DNA of 64,000 nucleotides from Candidatus Bathyarchaeia archaeon (GCA_050015395.1 JBEKBM010000010.1:1-64000), one strand, 5' to 3'. Shown: positions 29,693 to 39,845, counted from the stretch's first letter. Numbers and translations: made by a program. The notes: generated by a model not told the origin, from the letters alone.

Positions 29693-29999
29693 ACTGTTGG
29701 TGAAAAACGCCCTGAAAAGGCAGGAAGCCTTTAAAAATTTAGCGGGCTACCTCAAAATCATCAAGGAAACAGTCCGTGAAGTCGACCCACATGCCAAAGC
29801 ATACATGTTTGGTTCAGTTGTAGAAAACAAAAACAACTACTCAAGTGACATAGACATCCTTATAATTACAAAGTTGCCTCCAGCAGAAATCCATGCTGAA
29901 CTCTGGAAAGCAGGAATAAAGGAACCATTCGAAATTCATGTGTACACACCAAAAGAAGCCACCTTTTTCAAAACAAGAGCCAAACTTGTAAAAATATAA
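29682..29999 (+). CDS. Minimal nucleotidyltransferase (MNT) antitoxin
   Basis: YMFGS...SDIDIL, PFEIH. Confidence 0.88.
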   Translation: MSNELLVKNALKRQEAFKNLAGYLKIIKETVREVDPHAKAYMFGSVVENKNNYSSDIDILIITKLPPAEIHAELWKAGIKEPFEIHVYTPKEATFFKTRAKLVKI

Positions 30000-30148
30000 C
30001 CAAATTCTGTCAGCAACATAACTCTTGATGAAGGATATTGCAACTTACCTGAATGCTTATCAACCTATTAGAAGAAACTGTGGCTTCACGACAAAAGTTA
30101 AGAGGTGCTATAAAATCACTAAATAGTAAAAAAAGGACGCATGTTAAA

Positions 30149-30436
30149 TTGCAAACCAAAACCGAACATCCTTATGTTGAAATCAACCCAAAAGTTTGCA
30201 ACGGCTCTCCAGTAATAGTGGGTACGCGCATAAGAATAGTGGACATAGCCATCGAGTATGAATACATGAATTGCACACCAGACGACATAGTTAACGCTCA
30301 TCCACACCTAAAACTGGAACAAATACACGACGCCCTGTCATATTATTATGAACATCGAGCTGAAATTGACAAAAAAATAAGAGAAGACGAGGAATTCGTC
30401 CAGAAACTCCGCCAAGCCCAAAAGGCAGATGACTAA
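30149..30436 (+). CDS. DUF433-family antitoxin
   Basis: INPKVCNGSPVIVGTRIRI...HPHLKLEQIHDALSYY. Confidence 0.88.
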   Translation: MQTKTEHPYVEINPKVCNGSPVIVGTRIRIVDIAIEYEYMNCTPDDIVNAHPHLKLEQIHDALSYYYEHRAEIDKKIREDEEFVQKLRQAQKADD

Positions 30437-30520
30437 TCATCCCTACGAGAAGCCTTAGGATTTACGTTGATGAAGTTTAGGTTGCTATTCAATGTTTGAA
30501 GCGTTGGAAACGTCACTTAC
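30429..30520 (+). pseudogene. Decayed DUF5615 PIN-like toxin
   Basis: ATG overlaps the DUF433 end; after a frameshift it reads LRIYVDEV*VAIQCLKR, like the N-terminus of usual DUF433 partners. Confidence 0.55.
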
Positions 30521-30769
30521 GGAAAACCAGACTGCACCTCAACGCACATTGGAATTAAAACGGTAAACTTGTTTGAATAGCTGACTGACCCCATGTTATA
30601 GCCAGCAATTTACATGTAGTTCTCATAGCTAAAATGTGCATTCGTACTCTGCCGTATACTGAAAAATTTTGTCTCCCACCTACACAATAACAGGTGAAAA
30701 AGGATTTATTGCGCACAAACCAAAAAACCCATCGCCACTTACCCGTTCAATTTAGTTAGCAAGTATTTT

Positions 30770-32230
30770 TTAGTTCATATCTTTAAAGAACAGTCTTGTC
30801 TCTCCCATTGTTTTGATGTCTAAGGCTCGGACTCTGGCAACTATGGGGAAGTCGCTTACGACTTTGCCAAGTGTGAGGCAGTGGTGGGGTGGCAGGTCGC
30901 GGGCGATTGAACGCACTGTTTCTGCATCCACGCGGGCGGCTCGGCTGACAACGTCTAGGTCGTGTTCGTTGGTGAAGTTGAAGAGGAAAATGTTGTCGGC
31001 TTGGCGGTAAATGTTTTCTTGAATCGTGTCAGGCTGGTTTGTGATGAACGTGGTGAATATGCCGAAGTGGCGCATGCGGGTAACGATGTCGTCCCAGTAA
31101 GTTTCGCGCAGGTACAAGTGTGCTTCTTCAGCGAAGAGAAAAACTGCTTTCAGCTTCCAGTTCGACAAGGAATCAACGAGTTTTCCAAGAGCGTATTCGA
31201 CTACGATTTGGCGGTCGATGTTTGAGGTGTTTTTCAGGTTTATGACGATGGCGCCGCCTTGGTCCTTAGCTTTTATGAGGCTTTCATCTAACAGCGTTGC
31301 CTCGCCGGGGGAGTCAGTGAAGAATCCTGAGTTAGCAAGGGAGTGGAAGCGTGAAGCTAACGCGTCGCGTACATGCTGGTTGCAGTTTAAATCGCGAATC
31401 GCCTCGCCTAGTTCTTGCATGTTTAATTTTCCTTTTTCTTTAAGCATTTTCCATATCCGACGGAATTCACGGGCTGAAGTGCCTGGCAGGTGCAGTGCAT
31501 TTACTAGTATGCCCATTACGGTGTTTAGGTGAAGCTGTTCGAGGGCTACTTTGAAGTTCTGCCCTGGGGTTAAGGTGTGGATTTTGTCGTAGTACATGTT
31601 TCTTTTGCCGTCGTTACTCATGCCTAAGCTTGTGTATTCACCGTTTAGGTCGAAGATGACGACGGTTGCCTTATAGCCGACGAGATTAACCATTAACAGC
31701 TTTGAGAGATGCGATTTGCCGCAGCCCTTCTTGCCCGTTATAATGTTTAACGTTCCATCTATTGCTGTAGCGTCAATCGTTAAGAGGGAGGAGTCTTTGG
31801 TGCCGCCCAAAATTATGGGAAGTTTACCCTCAACCTTTGCCAGCTTCATAAGCATAGGTATGGACAGTTTTTTGATGGTTGATTGTGAACGGCTGGGAAG
31901 CCAACTGCTGCTTGGGCTCAGCATTTCGTTTTCCAACGTTGCTCTAATCTTGCAGATTAGGAGGCTGGCGTCTTGAATGTAAGTGATGTGGGGGGCGATT
32001 TCCATGGGATCGATGTCTTCGCCCTGTAGTGATTCGCCTCCGTCTGGAAGCGTCCGCAAAAGCTCCTCAAGCACTCCGGGAACAGCTGCGAATTGTACGT
32101 CGATGACTTGGGCGATTAAGGCTTTAGCGGCGTCTTGGTCTTCGACGAGTAGGTAGTCGCCTTTTTCAGCGCTCTCCGTTGGGAAACTGATGATTTGCAG
32201 GATGTTGCCCTCTTTCTTGTAGAGTTTCAT
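30770..32230 (-). CDS. herA: HerA/FtsK-family ATPase
   Basis: N-terminal HAS-barrel-like region, Walker A GKKGCGKS, Walker B FAEEAH, RMRHFG, TNQP; ATG 32230 overlaps the nurA stop. Confidence 0.85.
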   Translation of the reverse strand: MKLYKKEGNILQIISFPTESAEKGDYLLVEDQDAAKALIAQVIDVQFAAVPGVLEELLRTLPDGGESLQGEDIDPMEIAPHITYIQDASLLICKIRATLENEMLSPSSSWLPSRSQSTIKKLSIPMLMKLAKVEGKLPIILGGTKDSSLLTIDATAIDGTLNIITGKKGCGKSHLSKLLMVNLVGYKATVVIFDLNGEYTSLGMSNDGKRNMYYDKIHTLTPGQNFKVALEQLHLNTVMGILVNALHLPGTSAREFRRIWKMLKEKGKLNMQELGEAIRDLNCNQHVRDALASRFHSLANSGFFTDSPGEATLLDESLIKAKDQGGAIVINLKNTSNIDRQIVVEYALGKLVDSLSNWKLKAVFLFAEEAHLYLRETYWDDIVTRMRHFGIFTTFITNQPDTIQENIYRQADNIFLFNFTNEHDLDVVSRAARVDAETVRSIARDLPPHHCLTLGKVVSDFPIVARVRALDIKTMGETRLFFKDMN

Positions 32231-33306
32231 GCGTAGATTTCCCCCTTGCTGAATGGTCCGAAAAGCAGTTTGTGCATGTCTGGGCGGTTGATTATTTGTA
32301 TGCCATGTTTGCGTGTGATGAAGTGTTTGATGGCTAAGACTTCGTTGGCTGTGAATGTGCACAGGATATGCGAGAGCCGCAAGGTTTCGGGGTAGCTTTG
32401 AGTGTACAGGTCGTTGCCGATTAGTTTCTGTAAGGCAGCCATTCTCTGCTCTACAGGCGTTTCTTTATCAATATCTAAGCGAAATGCGAAGTTTGCCTTG
32501 TTGAGTCGTGCCACGTAAACGTCGCCTAGCAGCACTATTGGCGATTTGAAGTGTATTCCTGTGGTTTCAAGCAGGTATGGCGGGTCATGGTTTGGAAGCT
32601 GCTCGGTTATCAGGATGCCGTTAGCTCTAAGCGTTGTAGCTTTTGAGAAGGCAAGTACGGTGCTGTTGTTTCTTCTCGCGTAACTTAGAATTTCCCTGAG
32701 GCGTTGGACTGGTGTATCTATGGTGCCTGAGATTAAGGAGCCGTCGAAGAGGATTATGCCGTGGTTTACGGTTTTGGCGAGCATTGTTTGTAGCCATCGC
32801 TCCAGCAGGCTGGCTAGTCGCGTGGGCATTTGCAAGATGTTTGGTGCGGCTTGGTGGCTGGCTCCGTAGCTGGTGCTGAAATAAGCATGTTCAAGCGTGT
32901 TGTAGACAGCGTTTTTGTTTTCTTCCGTTATGTGAAATATGAATGGCCCGAGGCGCGTGTACTTGTATGCTCGGTTTTGTTTCCATGTGGTTGCTCCTCG
33001 GACGGCAATTATCATGCCGGTAGCTGTTTCGCCGATTTTTATGGTTGAGGTGTCTACGGCGGCGATTAAGGTTTCTTGGTGGTCTGGTTTTATGGGGATT
33101 GGTTCTGGTTTGAGCTGTATGCTGGATGGGTATTGTTCGGTTGTGTTTAGTTGTTGAAGGTTTTGGGGGTTTAGTTGGAAGGGTTGGTGTTGCGCTTGCT
33201 TGAGCGAGTAGAGGCTTTGTTCTAGGAAGCGTTGTGGGAGTGTTGTGTCGATGGTTGGTTGTGGAAAGTTATATTTGTCAGTAATTGTATATTGTTCAAT
33301 CACCAT
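32227..33306 (-). CDS. nurA: NurA-family nuclease
   Basis: IAAVDTS, LFDGSL, AFSK, YPETLRLSH. Confidence 0.8.
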   Translation of the reverse strand: MVIEQYTITDKYNFPQPTIDTTLPQRFLEQSLYSLKQAQHQPFQLNPQNLQQLNTTEQYPSSIQLKPEPIPIKPDHQETLIAAVDTSTIKIGETATGMIIAVRGATTWKQNRAYKYTRLGPFIFHITEENKNAVYNTLEHAYFSTSYGASHQAAPNILQMPTRLASLLERWLQTMLAKTVNHGIILFDGSLISGTIDTPVQRLREILSYARRNNSTVLAFSKATTLRANGILITEQLPNHDPPYLLETTGIHFKSPIVLLGDVYVARLNKANFAFRLDIDKETPVEQRMAALQKLIGNDLYTQSYPETLRLSHILCTFTANEVLAIKHFITRKHGIQIINRPDMHKLLFGPFSKGEIYA

Positions 33307-33308
33307 GA

Positions 33309-33373
33309 TTCACCAATATGCAATAATTATTGGTGAAATATTTAAATATTGTGCATGTGCATCTTGCACAATA
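33309..33373. promoter_or_regulatory. Palindrome-rich divergent promoter/operator
   Basis: TTCACCAATA-N9-TATTGGTGAA, palindrome AATATTTAAATATT, TATTGTGCA-N9-TGCACAATA. Confidence 0.65.
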
Positions 33374-33394
33374 CAATATTCAATAGGTGAAGAG

Positions 33395-33802
33395 TTGACA
33401 GAAAAACAGCAAAAACCACCAATACGCGTAAAAATAAAAATCGGCGACATAGAATTCGAAATCGAATCCCAAGAAGACCAAATCCAAAGCACCGTAGACA
33501 AAATACTCGCCACAGTCACCGAACGCCTGAAAAACACAAACCTAGCCCAAGTAGCCGAACGCCCAGCCCCACCACCCAGAGCAGAAACATGCAAAGGCAT
33601 AATCCAGAAACTCTGGGAAGAAAACTGGTTCAACGAACCAAAAAACCTCGACGAAGTCCACACAGAACTTGCAAGACGCGGCTTCCACTACGACCGCACC
33701 GCCGTAGCCCACGCACTAGTAGACCTCGTCAAAGACAACATACTCACACGAATAGGAAAACCCCGCCGATACCAATACGCACAAAAAAGACCGCCAACCT
33801 AA
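33395..33802 (+). CDS. Small protein with C-terminal winged-HTH
   Basis: TTG after AGGTGA; WFNEPKNLDEVHTEL...LVDLVKDNILTRIGKPRRYQY. Confidence 0.75.
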   Translation: MTEKQQKPPIRVKIKIGDIEFEIESQEDQIQSTVDKILATVTERLKNTNLAQVAERPAPPPRAETCKGIIQKLWEENWFNEPKNLDEVHTELARRGFHYDRTAVAHALVDLVKDNILTRIGKPRRYQYAQKRPPT

Positions 33803-33865
33803 CATGTGAAAAAATCTCCAAGCAATTGCCAAATTTTAAATAGCAATTTTGCATAATGCAGTTTC

Positions 33866-34357
33866 ATGCAAGTCACCGATTTAGTGCGCTACAATCATGT
33901 TGTTCGTGGACTCTACCTTGATGCTATGGCAAAGTTACCTTGGGCGGCGGTTGTTGAGCCTAAAGGGTTAAGTTTTGATTCGATGCGTAACGTGTTTTTG
34001 CATTTAACGTTTGTTGAGGACAGGTGGATAAACTACATTATCCCAGACCGCCTTAGTCAGTAAGTTGACCCAAGCTTTGATGATTTCAGAGACATTGATT
34101 CGTTGAAGAAATACGTGCAACAGACAAAGGTTAAAACTGAAAAGTACTTGGAGAAACTCTCAAATGAAGAATTGAACAGGCAAATCGTTATTCCCTGGGG
34201 GGATAAGCCAGGCACGCGCATCAGTATCGAAACGGCTCTTTGCCAAATTATAATGGAAGACATGATTCACTACGGCGAATTATCAGCACTTCTTTGGCAA
34301 ATGGGCATTGATGCACCGTACCTTGGCTTTTGGCGCTACAAACATATGCTTCTGTAG
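33866..34357 (+). pseudogene. DinB/DUF664-family protein with an in-frame TAA
   Basis: SMRNVFLHLTFVEDRW and EDMIHYGEL lie in one frame, split by TAA at 34061-34063. Confidence 0.8.
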
Positions 34358-34435
34358 ATTAGCAAGGTTTATAGTGTATTTTCTCCATTGTATTCTTGTG
34401 GTTTTTAAAGTTTAATTGTAAGTGGAGGCGAAATT

Positions 34436-34879
34436 TTGCCTGATATTGTTGACACCGCAGTTGCTTCGGGCATGTTTAACACGCTTGTGACAGCTGTAAA
34501 AGCAGCTGGATTGGTTGATACCCTGAAAAGTCCTGGTCCATTCACGGTTTTTGCGCCTACTGATGAAGCATTCGCTAAATTACCGAAAGGCGACCTTGAT
34601 ATGCTCCTTAAGGATACTATGAAGTTGAAGGCAGTCTTAACTTTCCATGTGGTTGATGGGAAATTAATGGCTTCAGATTTGGCTCAACATGAGTATTTAT
34701 AGGCACTTCAGGGAGGAGAATTAAGGATAGACGCGACACGTTGGCACCTGCATAGACACATGAAAGTTAACGGTGCAAACATCGTCAAACCGGACATAGC
34801 TGTGGATAATGGAGTTTGCCATGCCATAGACAGAGTGCTAATGCCCAAAATGGCAGTGGTAGGCGAACAAAATAAGTAA
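34436..34879 (+). pseudogene. Fasciclin (FAS1) domain protein with an in-frame TAG
   Basis: [11 protein letters not shown] and DNGVCHAIDRVLMP lie in one frame, split by TAG at 34700-34702. Confidence 0.82.
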
Positions 34880-34974
34880 AAAGTAAAGCCCTGCAACTTT
34901 GAACAGGGACATAATGCTACCGTAATTAAACAAAAAAATGCCCCATTTTTTTAAAAAAAAATTAACTTTAAATA

Positions 34975-35158
34975 TAGTTATTAATGCATGTATTAGTTCT
35001 TGGGTTTTGTCTTGGGATGTTTGTGTGTGCTCAAGCCTACCTACCCGGTCTACTAGATGCTTCTAATATGCTTCAAATATGATTCAACATAGCACTGCAT
35101 AGAATTAATCCCCGCACTTTCAACATGAAACAGTGCTTTTTCAACATACTAGAATAGC
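34975..35158. repeat. Dispersed intergenic repeat, copy A
   Basis: 35045-35092 is the exact reverse complement of 54170-54217; flanks are also similar. Confidence 0.9.
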
Positions 35159-35463
35159 AAAATACAATTGTTTAGAGGGAAAAATCAAGAGCTAAATATA
35201 CACTTATTAATTTATTTTTTAACCATGAATTTTAATAATTCAAAAATGGCGGGAAACTTGCTTGGTGTCGGCGGCATGGAAAGAATGATGACTTACCCAA
35301 CGCTTCTTTGGATAATCAGTTTAGGCGATATCTACTCGGCAACCACAGTGACTGATGAGGTAGTCTTTAACGACCTTTTCTATTTGCACTGCTCAACTAG
35401 ATTAAACAGCGCTTTCCCTAAAACTATTGAGCGTAAAAAAAGAAAGGGTTGGTGTTTGAGGGC

Positions 35464-35637
35464 TTATTTACTGGTTTTCGGGCTTGCTTTTGGTTTCGCC
35501 TTTTGTGGCTCCTTAACAGGTTTCATTGGTTCTTCGCAACAAACTATTTCGCATGGTTCACAACCGCATGGGTCTTCAACTGCGATTACTAGCCCGCATT
35601 CTTCACACTTGTATTTGTCGCCTTTTTTATTTGCCAA
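35464..35637 (-). CDS. Desulforedoxin-like Cys-rich small protein (57 aa)
   Basis: TTG start after AGGTG; KGDKYKCEECGLVIAVEDPCGCEPCEIVCCEEPM; T-tract downstream. Confidence 0.78.
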   Translation of the reverse strand: MANKKGDKYKCEECGLVIAVEDPCGCEPCEIVCCEEPMKPVKEPQKAKPKASPKTSK

Positions 35638-35831
35638 AAATTAACACCTGCTTTAGAATATCGCTATATTATTGAGAGATTATTCATTCTAATAAAGAAT
35701 ATCCAAAATTATGCCATAGCTTAGAGCGTACTTGTTAAGCATTAAAAATATTTGTTCACTTTAGCTTCCTGAATACCAAGAAGATCAACTTTTTAGGACT
35801 TTAGGTAATAGGGTAAAGAAATTTTGGAGCA

Positions 35832-36278
35832 CTAGACATATGAAATAGAATTTAAGTTTTTGAGATGTTTCTTTATTTTCTTTGCCATATTGTCAAGTTT
35901 GACTCTCTCAACCTTTCTAAGGTCGCTGAAACTTGGCAGTTTTTGTCCTTCGAATCTTGGAACAATGTGCACATGAAAATGGAATATGTCTTGGCCTGCA
36001 GCTTTGTCGTTTTGCTGAATAATGCTGATGCCATCAGCGTTAGTGGCTTTTTTAACTGCTGTAGAAACTTGTTTAGCAACCGTGTGAACTTGGCTTAACT
36101 GGTCTTCGGGAATGTCGAAGATGTCAACGTAATGCTTTTTTGGAATAACAAGCGTGTGTCCCTCGTTTAATGGTCGTATATCAAGGAAAGCCATCACCGT
36201 TTCATCCTCGTAAATGATGCTTGCTGGAGCTTGTTTAGTTACTATTTTGCAGAATATGCAGGATTCGTCAAAGGTCAA
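35832..36278 (-). CDS. HIT-family hydrolase
   Basis: CIFCKI, GHTLVIPK, HFHVHIVPR. Confidence 0.93.
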   Translation of the reverse strand: MTFDESCIFCKIVTKQAPASIIYEDETVMAFLDIRPLNEGHTLVIPKKHYVDIFDIPEDQLSQVHTVAKQVSTAVKKATNADGISIIQQNDKAAGQDIFHFHVHIVPRFEGQKLPSFSDLRKVERVKLDNMAKKIKKHLKNLNSISYV

Positions 36279-36369
36279 CCCGAGTCACCGTTAAACTATT
36301 AGCGCTTTTGCAATCAGTTTATATGTTAAGCTACTTCATATTCCTTTTACTAAATCAGAGGTTAAAAAA

Positions 36370-36657
36370 ATGACCGAGTTAGAAGATAAAGTACGCCAAG
36401 AAGTAGGCAAAGTGCAAGACCCAGAAACAGGACAAACATTCGATGAAATGCAAATGATCCAAAGCGTAAAAGAAACTGAACCCGGCACAGTCACAGTAGA
36501 ATTCATACCAACCAGCCCATTCTGCCCCATAGCGTTCAAACTTGCAGCAGACATCAAAGCCGCAGCAAAATCAGTTCCAGGCATAAAAAAAGCAGTCGTT
36601 TACTGCCGCGGTCACGCGATGGAGCAGCAAATCAACGAAATGACCAATAAGCAATAA
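36370..36657 (+). CDS. DUF59 / SufT-MIP18 family Fe-S assembly protein
   Basis: VQDPETG, PTSPFCP. Confidence 0.85.
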   Translation: MTELEDKVRQEVGKVQDPETGQTFDEMQMIQSVKETEPGTVTVEFIPTSPFCPIAFKLAADIKAAAKSVPGIKKAVVYCRGHAMEQQINEMTNKQ

Positions 36658-36716
36658 AGCTAATTTTTCTTCAGTTCTTTTTTCAATTTTACCTTCTAAA
36701 ATAAAAAAAGTTTGGG

Positions 36717-37016
36717 TTATCTAATGAATCCGCAGTTTCTATTGTGTGATTCTTCGCTGTCTATAGAATCACTGTAATCTCTAAAGCCTGTGTGAAGCTT
36801 CGCCCGAATTTCAAAGCGTAGCCTAGAAACACTTTTTGCATAACGCTTTATCATCATAAAAATATTGTTGAAGTTCATCTGCCTAGCAATCGCTAAGAAA
36901 GCAAACATACCGATTACTGCTAACATGTAGAGTGGATTGATTAAAACTACTATTAATCCGACTGTTCCAATCAGAGCAAGATAAATGATGCTTCTCAGTT
37001 TTCGCATATTTATCAC
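36717..37016 (-). CDS. Hypothetical small membrane protein
   Basis: Two N-terminal hydrophobic segments. Confidence 0.55.
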   Translation of the reverse strand: MINMRKLRSIIYLALIGTVGLIVVLINPLYMLAVIGMFAFLAIARQMNFNNIFMMIKRYAKSVSRLRFEIRAKLHTGFRDYSDSIDSEESHNRNCGFIR

Positions 37017-37164
37017 CGAAACTGCATTAGTGGAAGCTGCTTAAAGGTTTTTTGACCCGAAAAATTGACTGAAAAAATAATCCAACTATAAATTTATGCA
37101 AGAACGCAAAAAACGGTTAATTCTAAGCCTTTGGAAGAAATTAAGCGTTTCAGCAGCCAATTCG

Positions 37165-37932
37165 TTATTTCATTCTGGTGAACGCCCAGATGCCAATTAC
37201 CATCATAATCAAATCAAATAAGGCAATAATTCCAATGTCAAACCATAAAGATTGAATTTGAAAAGGTGCCCATGCTGCACCCAAAATAACGTTTCTTAAC
37301 GCGTCAACACCGTAAGTTAATGGGTTTAATCTTGAGGCGATTTGCAGCCAGGTTGGAATACTTGCTCCTCTAAGGGGGAAAAGAGCACCGCTGAGGAAGA
37401 ACAAAGGAAGGTTAATGAAGCTCTGTATTGTGCCGAAGCCTTCCAAACTTCCCATGAAACTGGCTAGCGTTAAGCCTATGCTGACCAAGCCAAAGGTGAT
37501 GAGCAGCATGATGGGCAAGAGTTCGAGGAACGTAAATATGTTAAGCTTTATCCCTAACAGTAGACCAAGAACGAAAACGATTATCCCTTGAATTACGGCG
37601 TCGGTGCTGTCACCTATCATCTTACCTGTGAAGACCCATGTGCGCGAAATGGGTGCAACCAGTATTTCTTTCATAAAGCCAAATTCTCTGTCCCAGAGTA
37701 CGGAAATTCCCATGAACATGGAAGTGAAAAGCAGGGTTTGCCCTATTATGCCTGGGAAAATGTACTGTAGATAATTCAGTCCTGCATATGGAAGAACCAA
37801 ACGGACGCCCTCCCCGAATATAAATAGCCAAAGTAATGGCGTGACGAAACTGCTGACTATTCTGACTCGGTCTCTCAGGTAACGTTTGACTTCTCGAAGC
37901 CAAAGAGTGTAGAAGCCCCTGATTTCAGTCAT
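37165..37932 (-). CDS. ABC-2 permease (DrrB-like)
   Basis: DREFGFMKEILVAP, FLSGALFP, NPLTYGVDALR. Confidence 0.92.
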   Translation of the reverse strand: MTEIRGFYTLWLREVKRYLRDRVRIVSSFVTPLLWLFIFGEGVRLVLPYAGLNYLQYIFPGIIGQTLLFTSMFMGISVLWDREFGFMKEILVAPISRTWVFTGKMIGDSTDAVIQGIIVFVLGLLLGIKLNIFTFLELLPIMLLITFGLVSIGLTLASFMGSLEGFGTIQSFINLPLFFLSGALFPLRGASIPTWLQIASRLNPLTYGVDALRNVILGAAWAPFQIQSLWFDIGIIALFDLIMMVIGIWAFTRMK

Positions 37933-38930
37933 CTCGCAGCCGCTCTCCTCCGTGCCTCGGCTAAGCCATGAAGTTCCTTGGTTGCGTCTGGGCGTATGGT
38001 TCTGCCTGTGTAGTGCAAGAATACGTCCTCAAGGTTTGGTTCGCGTAAACGGATGGATTCAACGTATATTTTGTTTTGAGTCGCCGTGTCCACTATCCTC
38101 GGTAGCAGGCTTTTTCCGTTTTGCACCGTGATTTCTAACGCATCGTCAACTATCTGAGCTTTCTGAAGTCCCATTTTCTCGGTTATGATCGAGAGAAGAG
38201 CTTCAAGATTGTCTGCTTTAACTGTTATCACGTCGCCTTCGAGGGTTTCTTTCAATTTAGAAGAAGTGTCAAGAGCGATGATTTTTCCGTAATCCATTAT
38301 GGCGATGCGGTCAGAAAGCCTATCTGCCTCATCCATATAATGCGTAGTTAAGACCACAGTTATGTCATGGGCTTCTTTCAAGTCTCGGATGTATCTCCAA
38401 ACGTGATCTCTAGTTTGTGGGTCAAGTCCTATTGTAGGTTCATCCAAAAAAAGAACCTTAGGATAATGAATAAGCCCTCGGGCAAGCTCCAATCTGCGCC
38501 TCATCCCGCCGGAATAAGTTCGCGTAAGATCATCAGCCCTTTCATCTAGCTCAACCAATTTCAGAACGCTATTGATTCGGTCGTTCTGTTCGCTTGTTGG
38601 AACTCCGTAGAGGTTGGCGTGCATGAGGAGATTTTCTCGCCCAGTCATTCTGTCGTCAACGCTTGGGTCTTGAAAAACTATGCCTATCGATTTTCGCACC
38701 TGCATAGCTTCCTTAACGATATCAAAGCCGTTGACCTTGGCAGTCCCGGAAGAGGGTTTCAGGAGGGTGCAGAGCATAGATATGCTGGTGGTTTTTCCGG
38801 CACCGTTGGGTCCAAGCAAGCCGAAGATTTCGCCAGACTCAACAGTAATATTCAGCCTATCAACGGCAGTGAACGAGCCAAACTTCCTTGTTAATTGACT
38901 AGTCTCAATAACGTTGCCCATTTCTGCCAC
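37929..38930 (-). CDS. ABC ATP-binding protein (DrrA-like)
   Basis: GPNGAGKT, YSGGM, FLDEP, TTHY. Confidence 0.93.
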   Translation of the reverse strand: MAEMGNVIETSQLTRKFGSFTAVDRLNITVESGEIFGLLGPNGAGKTTSISMLCTLLKPSSGTAKVNGFDIVKEAMQVRKSIGIVFQDPSVDDRMTGRENLLMHANLYGVPTSEQNDRINSVLKLVELDERADDLTRTYSGGMRRRLELARGLIHYPKVLFLDEPTIGLDPQTRDHVWRYIRDLKEAHDITVVLTTHYMDEADRLSDRIAIMDYGKIIALDTSSKLKETLEGDVITVKADNLEALLSIITEKMGLQKAQIVDDALEITVQNGKSLLPRIVDTATQNKIYVESIRLREPNLEDVFLHYTGRTIRPDATKELHGLAEARRRAAAR

Positions 38931-39046
38931 ACTGCGAACAGACGCATAAAAATGTGTTTAAGAACGCAACGTGGATATAATGGTTTTGCTGGAACAATTC
39001 GATAATGTTGAAAGCTAAAAAATACTTCTTTATTTCACTGAGTAAC

Positions 39047-39256
39047 ATGGCGGCTATGTTATTGGCTTTTTTGCCTACATGGGTAAAAGATGTGGCGATG
39101 TTTAACCCAATAAGCTACGCAGTAAACGCTATCTGAGCCCTCATGATCAATGGTTACGATTGGGGCACGATACTGCCTGCTTGGGGCGTAATCGGGTTAG
39201 TCGTTGTTGTGACGTTGATCGCTACATTGTACCAGTTTAGAAAAGTAGTCAGCTAA
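39047..39256 (+). pseudogene. C-terminal remnant of an ABC-2 permease
   Basis: LPTWVKDVAMFNPISYAVNAI*ALMINGYDW, with an internal TGA. Confidence 0.7.
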
Positions 39257-39483
39257 GGGTAAACGTGAGCGTCCACATCAATTGACTTGTGTAACCGTTT
39301 AATTTTTACTTCAATCAACTCCGGAGCCTCAGCCGCATCCAGCCCTTTTAGCGATTTCGAAAACCCAGCCATAATGTTACCAATGGTTTCCTGCACAAAA
39401 TTGTTCAAAGGCAACTTTTCACCATCAACAAACATCTCAGTTTCAAAACTCTTCTCCATAATCCTATGTTTATTTTGTTCCAA
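39253..39483 (-). CDS. Small hypothetical protein (resembles the C-terminal extension of MobB-type proteins)
   Basis: VDGEKLPLNNFVQETIGNIMAGFSKSLKG. Confidence 0.65.
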   Translation of the reverse strand: MEQNKHRIMEKSFETEMFVDGEKLPLNNFVQETIGNIMAGFSKSLKGLDAAEAPELIEVKIKRLHKSIDVDAHVYP

Positions 39484-39569
39484 AAAAATTCACCGATTAA
39501 ACCTTTAATTTTAAGACTGATAAAGCCTTCTATTAGCTTAGCTATTAACGCTCCAGAAAGCAATCCACT

Positions 39570-39774
39570 AAACAAGAGGGAGGAAACTTTAGTTAGCCAA
39601 ATAGCCCGACGAAAACTTGTTATCGCTTACCCTGATTAAACCGAATTGGATGCCTTTAAAAGAATGAGCGAAAGTGAAACAGGACGTGTGCTCGTTCGAG
39701 ATAGGGCTGATCCAAAGAAACTTCTGGGCGTTGTAACTAAAATCGACCTAACGCGTACCTTAACGATGCAGTAA
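39570..39774 (+). pseudogene. CBS-domain remnant
   Basis: LVIAYPD*TELDAFKRMSESETGRVLV...LLGVVTKIDL. Confidence 0.7.
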
Positions 39775-39845
39775 GCGACCGCTAAATCACCTTTATTAAG
39801 TTAACAAGCCTTAATTTATTAATTGAGTTCAGGTGCCCGAATTTT

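Noticed and set aside
34700-34702. Genome-wide TAG recoding (pyrrolysine)
   Set aside because: Other interrupted genes use TAA or TGA, TAG ends intact genes such as drmA and hppA, and no pyl genes are in the window.
35168-35644. Listed plus-strand 158-aa ORF
   Set aside because: No motif; overlaps the desulforedoxin-like gene on the opposite strand.
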